From Candidatus Dormiibacterota bacterium (GTDB lineage: Bacteria; Acidobacteriota; Terriglobia; Acidiferrales; UBA7541), in contig DATNME010000008.1 in assembly GCA_035602385.1 (NCBI GenBank), positions 19,441-83,440 on the forward strand: DNA of 64,000 nt, read 5' to 3'. The notes under the pieces were generated by a model. It saw nothing but the letters and a program-made list of their open reading frames with translations, was not told where the DNA came from and did no database searches. Shown here piece after piece: positions 30,533 through 40,308 of this stretch (the stretch's first letter is position 1; each line of letters opens with the position of its first letter). Position numbers and translations under genes: made by a program.

Positions 30533-32674
30533 TTGCCGAAAGCGCGTCGAACCAATCCCAAAAAGAAAGCCCCTGCCTCAATTCCGCCATCCAAAACTCC
30601 CGATTTGACGGAATCGCAAATTGCCGTGCACTGGAAGGAGGAGGCTTATCTTCAGCCTCCGGCTAAGTTCATTGCTCAAGCCAACCTCAACGATCCTGAA
30701 ATGGTGGAGCGCTTCAGTGAAAAACACTTTCCCGAATGTTTTCGCGAATATGCTGACCTGCTTGACTGGAACCAGTATTGGCATACCACGCTGGACACCG
30801 CGAACCCGCCGTTCTGGAAATGGTTCGTCGGCGGCAAACTAAACGCATGCTACAACTGCGTCGACCGTCATCTGGCGAAGCACAAGAACAAAGCCGCATT
30901 CATCTTCGTCGGTGAGCCGGAAGAGGAAGCCGCGCAAGTCATCACCTTCCAGGAACTCTATCGTCGCGTAAACGAAGTTGCCGCTTTACTCCGCGATTTT
31001 GCAGGACTGAAGACCGGCGACCGCGTAACTATCCACATGCCTATGATCCCGGAGTTGCCGATCACCATGCTGGCATGCGCGCGGCTCGGCATTATCCATT
31101 CCGTAGTCTTCGGCGGCTTCAGTGGAGAGGCGTGTGGCGCGCGCGCCGCGGATTCAGGAAGCCGGGTGCTCATTTACGCTGACGGCTATCATCGCAACGG
31201 GCGTTGGGTGGACCACAAAGGCAACGCCGATATCGCCGTCGCCAGTGCGGAAAAAGAAGGCCAGCACATCGAAAAAGTTCTGGTCTGGAAGCGCTATCCC
31301 GGAAAATATTCTTCTGAAGTTCCCATGATTATGGAACGCGATTATTTTGTGGACGAGGTCCTCAAAAACTATCGCAATCAAATTGTCGAGCCCATTTCGC
31401 TGGACGCCGAAACCCCGCTATTTCTCATGTACACCAGCGGCACCACCGGGAAACCCAAGGGATGCCAGCATCGCACCGGCGGATATCTCGCATACGCCAC
31501 TGGCACTGCAAAATTTTATCAGGACATTCATCCTGAAGACGTCTACTGGTGCATGGCCGACATCGGCTGGATCACTGGACACTCTTATATTGTCTACGGC
31601 CCGCTCGCGCTTGCGGCTACCAGTGTTCTCTATGAAGGCGTACCGCAATTTCCGGACGCCGGACGCCCATGGCGTATCGCGGAGCGCCTGGACGTAAATA
31701 TTTTCCACACCTCTCCCACCGCCATTCGCATGCTGCGCAAGGCTGGCGCGGACGAACCGAAAAAACACAATTACCGCTTCAAGCACATGACCACTGTCGG
31801 CGAGCCCATCGAGCCGGAAGTTTGGAAATGGTTTTATGAAGTGGTTGGCAAAGGTGAAGCCGTCATCGTCGATACCTGGTGGCAAACGGAAACTGGCGGA
31901 TTTCTCTGCACCACTAAGCCCGCGCTCGACGCCATGAAACCGGGCAGCGCCGGCCCTGCCTGCCTCGGTATCTACCCGGTGATCTGGGACGAGGAAGGCC
32001 GCGAAGTAAAAGCCGGAACCGGCATGGCTGGCAACATTTGTATTCGCAATCCCTGGCCCGGAATCATGCAGACAATTTGGGGCGACCCGCAACGCTTCGT
32101 CGGCAATTACTACAAAAAATATAACAAGGATCCGCGAAGCAAGGATTGGCGCGATTGGCCGTACTACGCAGCGGACGGCGCAGTCCTTCCCGCTGATGGC
32201 TATTACCGCATTCTGGGCCGCGTCGACGACGTCATCAACGTCGCCGGCCACCGCCTCGGCACCAAGGAACTCGAGTCCGCCTGTTTGACGCTTCCCGAAA
32301 TCGCCGAAGCAGCCGTCGTACCCGTTGTCGATGACGTAAAGGGTCGCGTCCCGGAAATTTACGTCTGTCTGAAGCCCGGAATCCTGCCGCAGAAGGCCAT
32401 CCAGGAAAAAATTATTTCTACCATCGAAACCATGATTGGCAAAATTGCCCGCCCCAAGCGCATTCACATGGTGCCCGACATGCCAAAAACGCGTTCTGGG
32501 AAAATTATGCGCCGCGTGCTCGCCGCAATTTCCAATCATACCGACACCGGCGACATCACCACGCTTGCCAATCCCGATATCGTCGGCCAAATTCGCGAAC
32601 TCGTGCAAGGCCGGAATGCGGTGCCGCTCGCCGAAGCTCCTGAAGATATAAAACGCTTTGGAGAAGAGCGCTAG
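30533..32674 (+). CDS. acs: Acetate--CoA ligase
   Basis: WFVGGKLNACYNCVDRH, YTSGTTGKPKG, DIGWITGH, DTWWQTETGG, PKTRSGKIMRR. Confidence 0.96.
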   Translation: MPKARRTNPKKKAPASIPPSKTPDLTESQIAVHWKEEAYLQPPAKFIAQANLNDPEMVERFSEKHFPECFREYADLLDWNQYWHTTLDTANPPFWKWFVGGKLNACYNCVDRHLAKHKNKAAFIFVGEPEEEAAQVITFQELYRRVNEVAALLRDFAGLKTGDRVTIHMPMIPELPITMLACARLGIIHSVVFGGFSGEACGARAADSGSRVLIYADGYHRNGRWVDHKGNADIAVASAEKEGQHIEKVLVWKRYPGKYSSEVPMIMERDYFVDEVLKNYRNQIVEPISLDAETPLFLMYTSGTTGKPKGCQHRTGGYLAYATGTAKFYQDIHPEDVYWCMADIGWITGHSYIVYGPLALAATSVLYEGVPQFPDAGRPWRIAERLDVNIFHTSPTAIRMLRKAGADEPKKHNYRFKHMTTVGEPIEPEVWKWFYEVVGKGEAVIVDTWWQTETGGFLCTTKPALDAMKPGSAGPACLGIYPVIWDEEGREVKAGTGMAGNICIRNPWPGIMQTIWGDPQRFVGNYYKKYNKDPRSKDWRDWPYYAADGAVLPADGYYRILGRVDDVINVAGHRLGTKELESACLTLPEIAEAAVVPVVDDVKGRVPEIYVCLKPGILPQKAIQEKIISTIETMIGKIARPKRIHMVPDMPKTRSGKIMRRVLAAISNHTDTGDITTLANPDIVGQIRELVQGRNAVPLAEAPEDIKRFGEER

Positions 32675-32750
32675 TTTTTGTCACCCGGCTAGCAGCCCGC
32701 TTCAACGAAAATTTATGAGATAATTTTTCATCTCATCTGGGAGAAACACT

Positions 32751-32999
32751 ATGGCTGAACCATCGATAGATGAACTAAAAGCGCGAATCGCTGAGCTTGA
32801 AAAACAAGGATCAACAAAGCGCAGCGGTAATCTCGAATTTCGCGTGTCCGAAAAAGGTGGCGTGAGCGTATACGGACTTGGCCGCTTTCCGGTCACTCTT
32901 TACTACGAACAGTGGACACGTCTGCTCGCGACAGCGGTAAATCTCAAAGCTTTCCTGGAAGAAAATAAATCCAGGCTCAAACTTAAAAACCAGGAATAA
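32751..32999 (+). CDS. Small conserved hypothetical protein
   Basis: RBS GGGAG; N-terminal coiled coil, then VSEKGGVSVYGLGRFPVTLYYEQW. Confidence 0.7.
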   Translation: MAEPSIDELKARIAELEKQGSTKRSGNLEFRVSEKGGVSVYGLGRFPVTLYYEQWTRLLATAVNLKAFLEENKSRLKLKNQE

Positions 33000-33016
33000 C
33001 CGGGAGTTCGTGCGAA

Positions 33017-33631
33017 ATGGCTTCTCCACGCAGTGTCGCACCAGGTGCCACGCCGATCTTCTTTGCAACACCTTCGGCGTTCCGCGAATGGCTCGAATTA
33101 CATCACTCCACCGCCCGTGAACAATGGATCGGCTTGCATAAAAAAGATTCTGGTAAACCGAGCATCACCTGGCCGGAGGCGGTTGATGCTGCGCTCTGTT
33201 TTGGCTGGATCGACGGCCTTCGCAAGCGCATCGACGAAACCAGCTATATGAATCGCTTCACGCCGCGAAAGACACGCAGCAACTGGAGCGTGCTAAATCT
33301 TAAGCGAGTCTCGGAACTGTGCAAACTGGGCTTGATGCGACCGGCCGGGTTGCGCGTGTTTGAATCTCGGTCCGCGGAAAAATCACAAGTATATTCCTAC
33401 GAACGAAGAAAAACCGCAAAGCTTGGCAAGGCTTTCGAAAGGCAATTCCGCGGCAACAAAAAAGCTTGGGAATTTTTTTGCGCACAGCCACCCGGTTATC
33501 AACGCGTCGCGACTTGGTGGGTCGTCAGTGCCAAAAGAGAAGAAACGCGGCTTAAACGTTTGGCTACTCTTATCAAAGATTCCGAGCATGGCCGTAGGAT
33601 TGCGCACCTTACGTCCCCGGCGGCGCCTTAG
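33017..33631 (+). CDS. YdeI/OmpD-associated family protein
   Basis: FREWLELHH, EAVDAALCFGWIDG, FTPRKTRSNWS, AKREETRLKRL. Confidence 0.9.
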   Translation: MASPRSVAPGATPIFFATPSAFREWLELHHSTAREQWIGLHKKDSGKPSITWPEAVDAALCFGWIDGLRKRIDETSYMNRFTPRKTRSNWSVLNLKRVSELCKLGLMRPAGLRVFESRSAEKSQVYSYERRKTAKLGKAFERQFRGNKKAWEFFCAQPPGYQRVATWWVVSAKREETRLKRLATLIKDSEHGRRIAHLTSPAAP

Positions 33632-33710
33632 CCCGGGGGCGCCCGCAAGGCCCACGCTGTCACAAAATCTCGCTGACAAGCGTATAACCAGCGAGGGAGC
33701 GGAGGCGGCC

Positions 33711-34295
33711 GTGCCACAGGGTTTCCTAGAAGAACTGCCAGCGGAAAAGCCGGTCATGCGCGAAATCAGTTCTGTGAACTCCACCTCCCCCTTCGATGAG
33801 TTATTTCTCGCGCACTATCCCCGCCTGGTATCCATTCTGCGCCGTATGTTGGGAAATTCTGGACGCGCCGAGGAGTTGGCCACCGACGTTTTCTTGAAGC
33901 TTCATCGCCAGCCGCTTCCCGCAATTGCCAATGGCAACATTCCCGGCTGGATGTACCGCACTGCAATTCACCTGGGAATTGACGAATTGCGCTCCAGATC
34001 GCGCCGCGCGCGCATGGAGCAAGAAGCTGCGCGACTAAGCGCTGGAACTCCGCGCCAGCAAGACGGCTTGCAGCAATTGCTGCGCGCGGAAAAGCAGCAG
34101 CGGGTTCGCGCAGTGCTTGCTGAACTCAAACCAAATTGGTCGGAGCTCCTGCTTTTGCGCGCTTCCGGCCATAGCTACCGCGAATTAGCGGAACACCTGG
34201 ATATAACGCCGAACTCGGTGGGAACAATGCTGGTCCGTGCCGAAGCCGCCTTTTTACAGCGTTACCGCGAACTTTTTAATGAGGAGGAGTTATGA
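33711..34295 (+). CDS. ECF RNA polymerase sigma factor
   Basis: AEELATDVFLKL, GWMYRTA, region 4 SGHSYRELAEHL...SVGTMLVRA; start GTG 33711 or ATG 33756. Confidence 0.9.
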   Translation: MPQGFLEELPAEKPVMREISSVNSTSPFDELFLAHYPRLVSILRRMLGNSGRAEELATDVFLKLHRQPLPAIANGNIPGWMYRTAIHLGIDELRSRSRRARMEQEAARLSAGTPRQQDGLQQLLRAEKQQRVRAVLAELKPNWSELLLLRASGHSYRELAEHLDITPNSVGTMLVRAEAAFLQRYRELFNEEEL

Positions 34296-35500
34296 ATTGT
34301 CTTTCAGACGGCGCCCTGCGCGCTTATTTTGACAATGAACTGTCTGCGGGCGAGGGCGCGCGAGCCAAGCTGCATCTGCAGAATTGCCTAACGTGCCGGG
34401 AGCGTTCGGACGCTCTCTCCAATATTGCTGGGCGCGTGAGAACACAACTCGATACCCTTGAGGAGGTCGGCAGCGCTCCGCAAGAAAACCCGCAACTCGC
34501 GCTGGCTCGTTTCAGGTCCCAGCTCGACATCCGCGAAAAACCCGTGTCTTTGCTCCAGCGTATTTTTGTTCCGCGCTGGCGTTTCGCCTGGGCTGCCGCG
34601 GTCGCCGCCGCCATTATGATCACTGCCCTCACTTTCCCTACGGCACGCGGCATGGCTCAGCGGCTTCTCGCAACTCTAAGAATTGAAAAGGTGCAAACCG
34701 TACGCCTCGATCTTTCCTCGTTGAATGGCAACCACGCCTTGACGGAAATGCTGGGAAAAATGATTTCAGACAAGGTGGTCATCACCGCGGATGAAAAACC
34801 TCAAGACGCTGCAACCGCGGAAGCTGCGTCCAGGCTCGCTGGATTCGATGTTCGTGTTCTCCCCGAACGTGCGGATTCCGCCACTTTTAAGGTGGAAGGA
34901 CAGCACGCGTTCCATATGTCCATCGACCGCGAGCGCTTGCAGGACGCGCTCGACCAGGCCGGACGGCCCGATTTGATTCTTCCCGCCACACTCGATGGCG
35001 CCACCGTGTCGGTGCAAATTCCGCGCGCGGTGGAAACGCGTTACGGCAATTGCCCAGCGGATGGTCACGACGTTGGTGGCAAAAAAGCCGCGGAACACGT
35101 GGAACGTAACAACCAGGACAAAGAATCGCGTCTTTCATCGTTGCCCGAAGATTGCCTCTTTCTAATGCAAGCGCCCAGCCCGGTCATCAACGTTCCGAGC
35201 GACCTTAATTTGCAGCAGCTCGCGGAAACCGCGCTGCAGATAAGCGGCATGACCCCCGTGCAAGCTCGCAAGTTTTGCCAGGCGATCGACTGGAGGTCCA
35301 CGCTCATCCTCCCGATCCCGCATTTCGTGAATTCCTACGACAACGTGGAAGTCAACGGCGCCCAAGGCACGCTGATGCGCACTTCGGCCTATCGCGGTCC
35401 CGGATACGTGCTGATTTGGGTGAAAAATGGCATCATCTACCTCCTCAGCGGCACTGGCGCCGCGGATAAAGCCGTGGAGCTGGCGAATACACTCGGCTGA
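34292..35500 (+). CDS. Zinc-finger (ZAS) anti-sigma factor with extracytoplasmic domain
   Basis: HLQNCLTC (HxxxCxxC) followed by a TM helix; ATGA coupling to the sigma gene. Confidence 0.88.
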   Translation: MNCLSDGALRAYFDNELSAGEGARAKLHLQNCLTCRERSDALSNIAGRVRTQLDTLEEVGSAPQENPQLALARFRSQLDIREKPVSLLQRIFVPRWRFAWAAAVAAAIMITALTFPTARGMAQRLLATLRIEKVQTVRLDLSSLNGNHALTEMLGKMISDKVVITADEKPQDAATAEAASRLAGFDVRVLPERADSATFKVEGQHAFHMSIDRERLQDALDQAGRPDLILPATLDGATVSVQIPRAVETRYGNCPADGHDVGGKKAAEHVERNNQDKESRLSSLPEDCLFLMQAPSPVINVPSDLNLQQLAETALQISGMTPVQARKFCQAIDWRSTLILPIPHFVNSYDNVEVNGAQGTLMRTSAYRGPGYVLIWVKNGIIYLLSGTGAADKAVELANTLG

Positions 35501-36443
35501 GACGTGGAGAAATTCGCTGCCCTCTTTAGAAGCGTTTGCCATCGAAACCACGAATCTGCGAAAGGTGTTTGCGAATAAGGTCGCGGTCCGCGGCCTCTCC
35601 CTTACCGTTCGGCGTGGAGAAATTTTTGGTTTCCTGGGGCCCAACGGCGCTGGCAAAAGCACTTCGATCAAAATGCTGCTCGGCCTCGTTAAACCAACCG
35701 CCGGAGAAGCGAACGTGCTGGGATGTCCCTCCACCAGCGTCGAAGTCCGCCGCAAAATTGGTTTTCTTCCCGAGGATTTTCGCTTTTACGACTGGCTGAC
35801 GCCCGCCGAGCTGTTGTCGCTTCACGGACAACTTTGCGGTCTGAGCGTTGCCCAATTGCGCGATCGCATTCCCGCGTACGTTGAGCTCGTCGGGCTCACT
35901 CCGCATCGCGAACGAAGATTGCGCGGATTCTCCAAAGGAATGCTGCAGCGTATCGGCCTGGCGCAAGCGCTCATCCACGAGCCTGAGCTTATTTTTCTCG
36001 ACGAGCCCACTTCTGGTCTCGATCCCATGGGCCGCCGCTTGGTCCGCGATATCATCCATGCTCAGCGGGATCGCGGCGCTACCGTTTTTCTCAATTCTCA
36101 CTTGCTAAGCGAAGTGGAAATTACCTGCGACCGCGTGGTTTTTATTAAACACGGCGAAGTGGTAGCTACCCGCAATTTACGTGATACCACGCATGGAGAA
36201 GTTCGCGTACTGGTTCGCGCGGAAAATCTCACGCCGTCGGTGATTGCTGGTCTTTCGCCTTGGATTCTCTCGTCGCAATTCGAAGGCGAGCGGCTCGCGC
36301 TATCGACCAAATCCCTGGAAGTTCTGCCGGACATTCTCCGCCATCTGGTGGCTTCCGGCGTCAACGTTTACGAATTCACTCCGCAGAAACTTTCTTTGGA
36401 AGAATCCTTTTTAAAAATCATGGGCGAGGATCAGGGGCTTTGA
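35427..36443 (+). CDS. ABC transporter ATP-binding protein (start uncertain)
   Basis: GPNGAGKST, FSKGMLQRIGLAQAL, FLDEPTSGLD. Confidence 0.9.
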   Translation: MASSTSSAALAPRIKPWSWRIHSAETWRNSLPSLEAFAIETTNLRKVFANKVAVRGLSLTVRRGEIFGFLGPNGAGKSTSIKMLLGLVKPTAGEANVLGCPSTSVEVRRKIGFLPEDFRFYDWLTPAELLSLHGQLCGLSVAQLRDRIPAYVELVGLTPHRERRLRGFSKGMLQRIGLAQALIHEPELIFLDEPTSGLDPMGRRLVRDIIHAQRDRGATVFLNSHLLSEVEITCDRVVFIKHGEVVATRNLRDTTHGEVRVLVRAENLTPSVIAGLSPWILSSQFEGERLALSTKSLEVLPDILRHLVASGVNVYEFTPQKLSLEESFLKIMGEDQGL

Positions 36444-37273
36444 TGGGCATTTGGATCATGGCGCGCATGACGTTTCTCGAGGCTGCGCGCAAAAAGATTT
36501 TGTGGACCGCGCTGCTCGCCGGCGCCGCTTTCCTTACTCTGTTCGGCACGGGTATGCATTATCAAGTGAAGGATTTCAATGCGAGCGGCATGACGCCGTT
36601 TCTGCGTTACCAGATATTGAGCACCATGCTGCAGATCGGTTTCTACGCTATCGATATGCTTGCCGTGGTCATGACCGTTCTCACCAGCGTGGACACCATA
36701 TCCGGAGAGATCGCCTCTTCCACAATTCACGCGATTGCCACAAAACCCGTGGCGCGCTGGCAAGTGCTGATCGGGAAATGGCTGGGCTTTACAGCAATGG
36801 TGGCGGCGTTCGTCGCCCTCATGTTCGGAGGCGTGCTGTCCATTGGTTACTTCATCGGTGGCGTGCGCCCGCACCACGTTGCTCTTGGTGCAGGTCTGGT
36901 GTTCCTCGAATGCCTGCTGGTTTTAACCACTACATTTTTGTTTGGTACTTTTTTTTCTACGCTGACCAACGGCCTTATTGTTCTGGGGCTTCACGGCCTG
37001 GCGTTCATCGGTGGCTGGCTCGAGCAGATTGGTTCGGCAACAAATTCACCGCGCATCGTCGCAGTCGGTATTGTTTCGAGCCTGATCATGCCCAGCGAAG
37101 CAATCTGGCGGCGGGCTGCCTACGAAATGCAGTCCGCGATACTGCGCACGCTGGATTTTTCGCCATTCGCGAGCCGTTCCGCGCCCAGCCTAGCCATGCT
37201 TGTATACGCGGCGCTGTATCTTACCGCCGCACTGGCCATCGCCCTGTATCAATTCGAGCGCCGTGACCTGTAA
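36443..37273 (+). CDS. ABC transporter permease
   Basis: Six hydrophobic segments; ISGEIASSTI...KPVARWQVLIGK; C-terminal FERRDL. Confidence 0.88.
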   Translation: MGIWIMARMTFLEAARKKILWTALLAGAAFLTLFGTGMHYQVKDFNASGMTPFLRYQILSTMLQIGFYAIDMLAVVMTVLTSVDTISGEIASSTIHAIATKPVARWQVLIGKWLGFTAMVAAFVALMFGGVLSIGYFIGGVRPHHVALGAGLVFLECLLVLTTTFLFGTFFSTLTNGLIVLGLHGLAFIGGWLEQIGSATNSPRIVAVGIVSSLIMPSEAIWRRAAYEMQSAILRTLDFSPFASRSAPSLAMLVYAALYLTAALAIALYQFERRDL

Positions 37274-37304
37274 CGTGACCTACGCAATTCCTGCAGAAAA
37301 CTTG

Positions 37305-39314
37305 TTATTTGCTGGCTGCAACAACGGGTGCGCCGCAATAGGATTCAACTTCCAGGCGAAATAGCGGATCCAAAACCGCATGTTTGCCATTCGCCGCCGA
37401 ACATACCTGCCCTGCGGTCAATCCAACCGCGGCTCTAAGGTCCACGCCATCAAGGTTCGCTCCATTCATGTGTGCTCCGCGGAGAATCGCTCCCTCGAGT
37501 GACGCGCCACGAAGGTCGGTATGCGACAAATCCGTATCGAGCAATATCGTCCCTTTCAGGCGCGCTCCGGTCAGATCCGCGCCTGCAAGTTTTGCCGCCG
37601 ATAAATCGGTGTCCTGCAAAAGCGATAAAGCCAAATTTGCGTTTTCTAGTTTTACGTCCCGAAGGTCCGCGTGAGAGAGATCCGCACGCAGCAGAATTGC
37701 GTGCTGCAGGTTTGCGCCGTAAAGACTGGCGGAGTTTAATTTAGCTCCCGAAAAATTTGTATTTTCCAGGTTGGCATAAGAAAAATCTGATTCTCGCAAA
37801 TCCGCCGCCGCGAAGTTCGCGCCCCGGGCGTCCGCGGACACAAAATTCGCCTTTTCCGCTCTCATGCGGTCCAGCGCCGCGGAGCGCAATACCGATTCCC
37901 GCAAGTTTGCGCCTCGAAGATCGGATTCCGATAAACAAATTCCTTCCAGATTAGCGCGCCACAATCGGGCATTCACCAATACCGTGCGGTACCCCCGCGC
38001 ATACCGGAAATTCTCAAGATTCAGTTTCGGGCCCGGCACCGCATCGAATTCTCCGCTCTTCAGCGTTTCTCGCGCCGATGGCGGGATAAAACTCGCCTCC
38101 GTGATTTCCGCGTATGGCCGGTATCCCGTGGATTGCAAAAATTCCGAAGCCCACCTGCGCATACTCGCCTGAGCAACTTCCGGATGCACGGATTTTTCAG
38201 CCGGCAATCCGTGTATCACCCCGATCGAAAGCAGTAGCAACGCGATTCCGGTCGCGAAGGAAGCGCGCAAGGACTTCAACACCATGCGCACCAGATTCTT
38301 CGCTTTCTTGCGCCGAAGTTCCGCCTGCCGCAACAAACGCGAAACCAGGAAAGGAAGACCCGTCGCTCCGCCAACCGCCGCGGTCACCATTAAAACGTGC
38401 AGCAGCGTGCCACGAAAATCCTGCCGCACCAGATACCGCGCCCAGAAAAGAAACAAAACCATCGGCACCGCCCAGTAGACCAGCACCGCCGCGAGAAAAG
38501 TCTCCAGAACCAGTAGTGGCGAACGGCTTTCTTTCGGCCATTTCGAGTGCAGCCGGATAAGCCCCACTAGAAACCACGGTCCGCCCTTCTCGGCGGTTTG
38601 CCCGTCGGCAAAAACCGATGGCAATTCCGCGAGTGTGCCCCACAAGCGTAAAAGCAAAAAATGGAAACGCAGGTACAGCAAAAAAAGCAGCAATGGCGCG
38701 CCCAGATAGAAGCCGCTCATCGGCAAAATATTTCCGAAATGAATTACCGGTATCGCCGAAGAATCCAGCAGCAATCGCAGATCGCTGGTCAGCAAAATTA
38801 AAACCGCGCAAACTGCGCTCAACGACAGCATCGCCACATAAATCCGTTGGGTGCGCTTCGAAGATTGCATTAACCCCTTGGCGCCGTCGAACGCCGCCAC
38901 GGATTCCGGCAACACTGCGTCGAATAAATTCGTTCCTCCAAGGCGGCCCGCCCACAATCCCTCGGCGCCATACAGCGTCGCTCCCATGAGGTTGGCGCTA
39001 TGAAATTCCGTGCCCAGAAGATTGGCTTCGCTAAGATTCGCCTGCACCAGGCTCGCGCCCCGAAAATTCGCCATGGAAAGATCAGCGCCCTGCAGATTCG
39101 CGCGGTCCAGAATTGCGCCTTGCAGGCTTACGCCGGTAAAATCCGCCTGTGCAAAATTCATCCCGCTGAAATCAGCGCGCCTTCCAGATTCGCCGCCCGA
39201 TTCCAGCCACTCTTTGTGCTGATCGAGTGTCTCTGCCAAATCCAGCAAAGAAATCTCCTGCTGCTCGTTGCTCAGGAGTTCTTCGGTTTCACTCTTTTCA
39301 AATTCCGCCAGCAT
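37305..39314 (-). CDS. Pentapeptide-repeat membrane protein (repeats - TM bundle - repeats)
   Basis: A(D/N)LxG(A/T) repeats at both ends flanking about six hydrophobic helices. Confidence 0.85.
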   Translation of the reverse strand: MLAEFEKSETEELLSNEQQEISLLDLAETLDQHKEWLESGGESGRRADFSGMNFAQADFTGVSLQGAILDRANLQGADLSMANFRGASLVQANLSEANLLGTEFHSANLMGATLYGAEGLWAGRLGGTNLFDAVLPESVAAFDGAKGLMQSSKRTQRIYVAMLSLSAVCAVLILLTSDLRLLLDSSAIPVIHFGNILPMSGFYLGAPLLLFLLYLRFHFLLLRLWGTLAELPSVFADGQTAEKGGPWFLVGLIRLHSKWPKESRSPLLVLETFLAAVLVYWAVPMVLFLFWARYLVRQDFRGTLLHVLMVTAAVGGATGLPFLVSRLLRQAELRRKKAKNLVRMVLKSLRASFATGIALLLLSIGVIHGLPAEKSVHPEVAQASMRRWASEFLQSTGYRPYAEITEASFIPPSARETLKSGEFDAVPGPKLNLENFRYARGYRTVLVNARLWRANLEGICLSESDLRGANLRESVLRSAALDRMRAEKANFVSADARGANFAAADLRESDFSYANLENTNFSGAKLNSASLYGANLQHAILLRADLSHADLRDVKLENANLALSLLQDTDLSAAKLAGADLTGARLKGTILLDTDLSHTDLRGASLEGAILRGAHMNGANLDGVDLRAAVGLTAGQVCSAANGKHAVLDPLFRLEVESYCGAPVVAASK

Positions 39315-39609
39315 TCGAATTGCGCCTCTAACTGTAGTTGGATTTGGACACAAAGCCGCAGTTCAAGCGTATTGCTACACGCAGCTTGCTGGGCGTGCCT
39401 CATCCTCTCTTAACAAATCTGAGAAGTCGCCTGTCCTAAAGGTCAGGCGGCGGAGAGGTTAACGGGTGGGAATTCGCACTGCAGGTGGGCGCTTCGATCA
39501 CTGAAAAATGGCAGCCGGGGCACTTCGCTGAGGGGCCAAGGAACCCCGGCCTTATCCTGCCCGCCTCCGCAGTGAGCGAGTCAGGAATCTTTTTAAGCAA
39601 ACCGGTTGA

Positions 39610-39948
39610 CTAAACTTTTTGTTCTTCCTCGGTACGCAAAAATTCATAACGCTCGATGGCCGCCACCACACCGATCGCGCCTTCATCTCGCGATTCGGTT
39701 CGCTGTACACGGCCCAGACAACGGACCCGCACCGGGCCCGCAAGGGTAATTTCGTTTGGCAACGTCAGTAATATTTCGACAGCGGATCCTTCCTTCACAT
39801 CCTTGGAAAGAAAGAAGTACACTCCGCGAGAGCTGACGTCGCGGGATTCCGTGATCATTTCTCCGACTGCGGCTCCCGTCGTCCAACGGACGGTTAAGGG
39901 CAATCGCATGCTAAAGCGCTGGGTGGTGCGACGTTCTGAGCCGGTCAA
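39610..39948 (-). CDS. PilZ domain protein
   Basis: RxxxR (RTTQR) and DxSxxG (DVSSRG) c-di-GMP motifs. Confidence 0.85.
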   Translation of the reverse strand: MTGSERRTTQRFSMRLPLTVRWTTGAAVGEMITESRDVSSRGVYFFLSKDVKEGSAVEILLTLPNEITLAGPVRVRCLGRVQRTESRDEGAIGVVAAIERYEFLRTEEEQKV

Positions 39949-40163
39949 AGCGAACCTCCAATTTCAAAGTGCAAGTGTATCCGGGCGGGTCCCTGCTAAC
40001 AATAGGACTCCGGGTACAAAATTTTCCTCTTCATTTGAAGTACCGATGTACTAGAACGCCTTCGCCCCCCTGTAAAACAGTGACCTTTCGGGGATCGGAG
40101 CAAAATCGTCATTGTTTTGCCCATTCCCTTGAAATCCATATAAAATTGGCAGGTCACAACGCG

Positions 40164-40206
40164 GGGGCTGTAGCTCAGATGGATAGAGCGAGAGTTTCCT
40201 AAACTC
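40164..40206 (+). tRNA. tRNA-Arg(CCT) 5' half, truncated after the anticodon arm (att junction)
   Basis: GGGGCTG-TA-GCTC-AGATGGATA-GAGC-G-AGAGT-TTCCTAA-ACTC, then non-tRNA sequence with no variable region, T arm or 3' acceptor strand. Confidence 0.85.
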
Positions 40207-40253
40207 CTGTCAATAGTCAAAACAACCAATAAACATGCGCAGTTTCATAGATT

Positions 40254-40293
40254 TTGTACCCAAGTTGTACCCGTATACGCTAGAATGGGTACA
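40254..40293. promoter_or_regulatory. Integrase arm-type binding sites and int promoter region
   Basis: TTGTACCC at 40254 and 40265 (11-bp period), inverted GGGTACA at 40287; TAGAAT at 40281; RBS AGGAGG at ~40297. Confidence 0.55.
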
Positions 40294-40308
40294 GTCAGGA
40301 GGACATCC

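Noticed and set aside
31418-32608. Long antisense ORFs (e.g. 31418-32608, 20355-21293, 58-672, 7805-8653)
   Set aside because: Shadow frames of well-supported genes on the opposite strand in GC-rich DNA; no motifs of their own
40012-40019. GGGTACAA upstream of the tRNA half as an additional integrase arm site
   Set aside because: A single 8-mer on the host side of the junction; cannot be distinguished from chance
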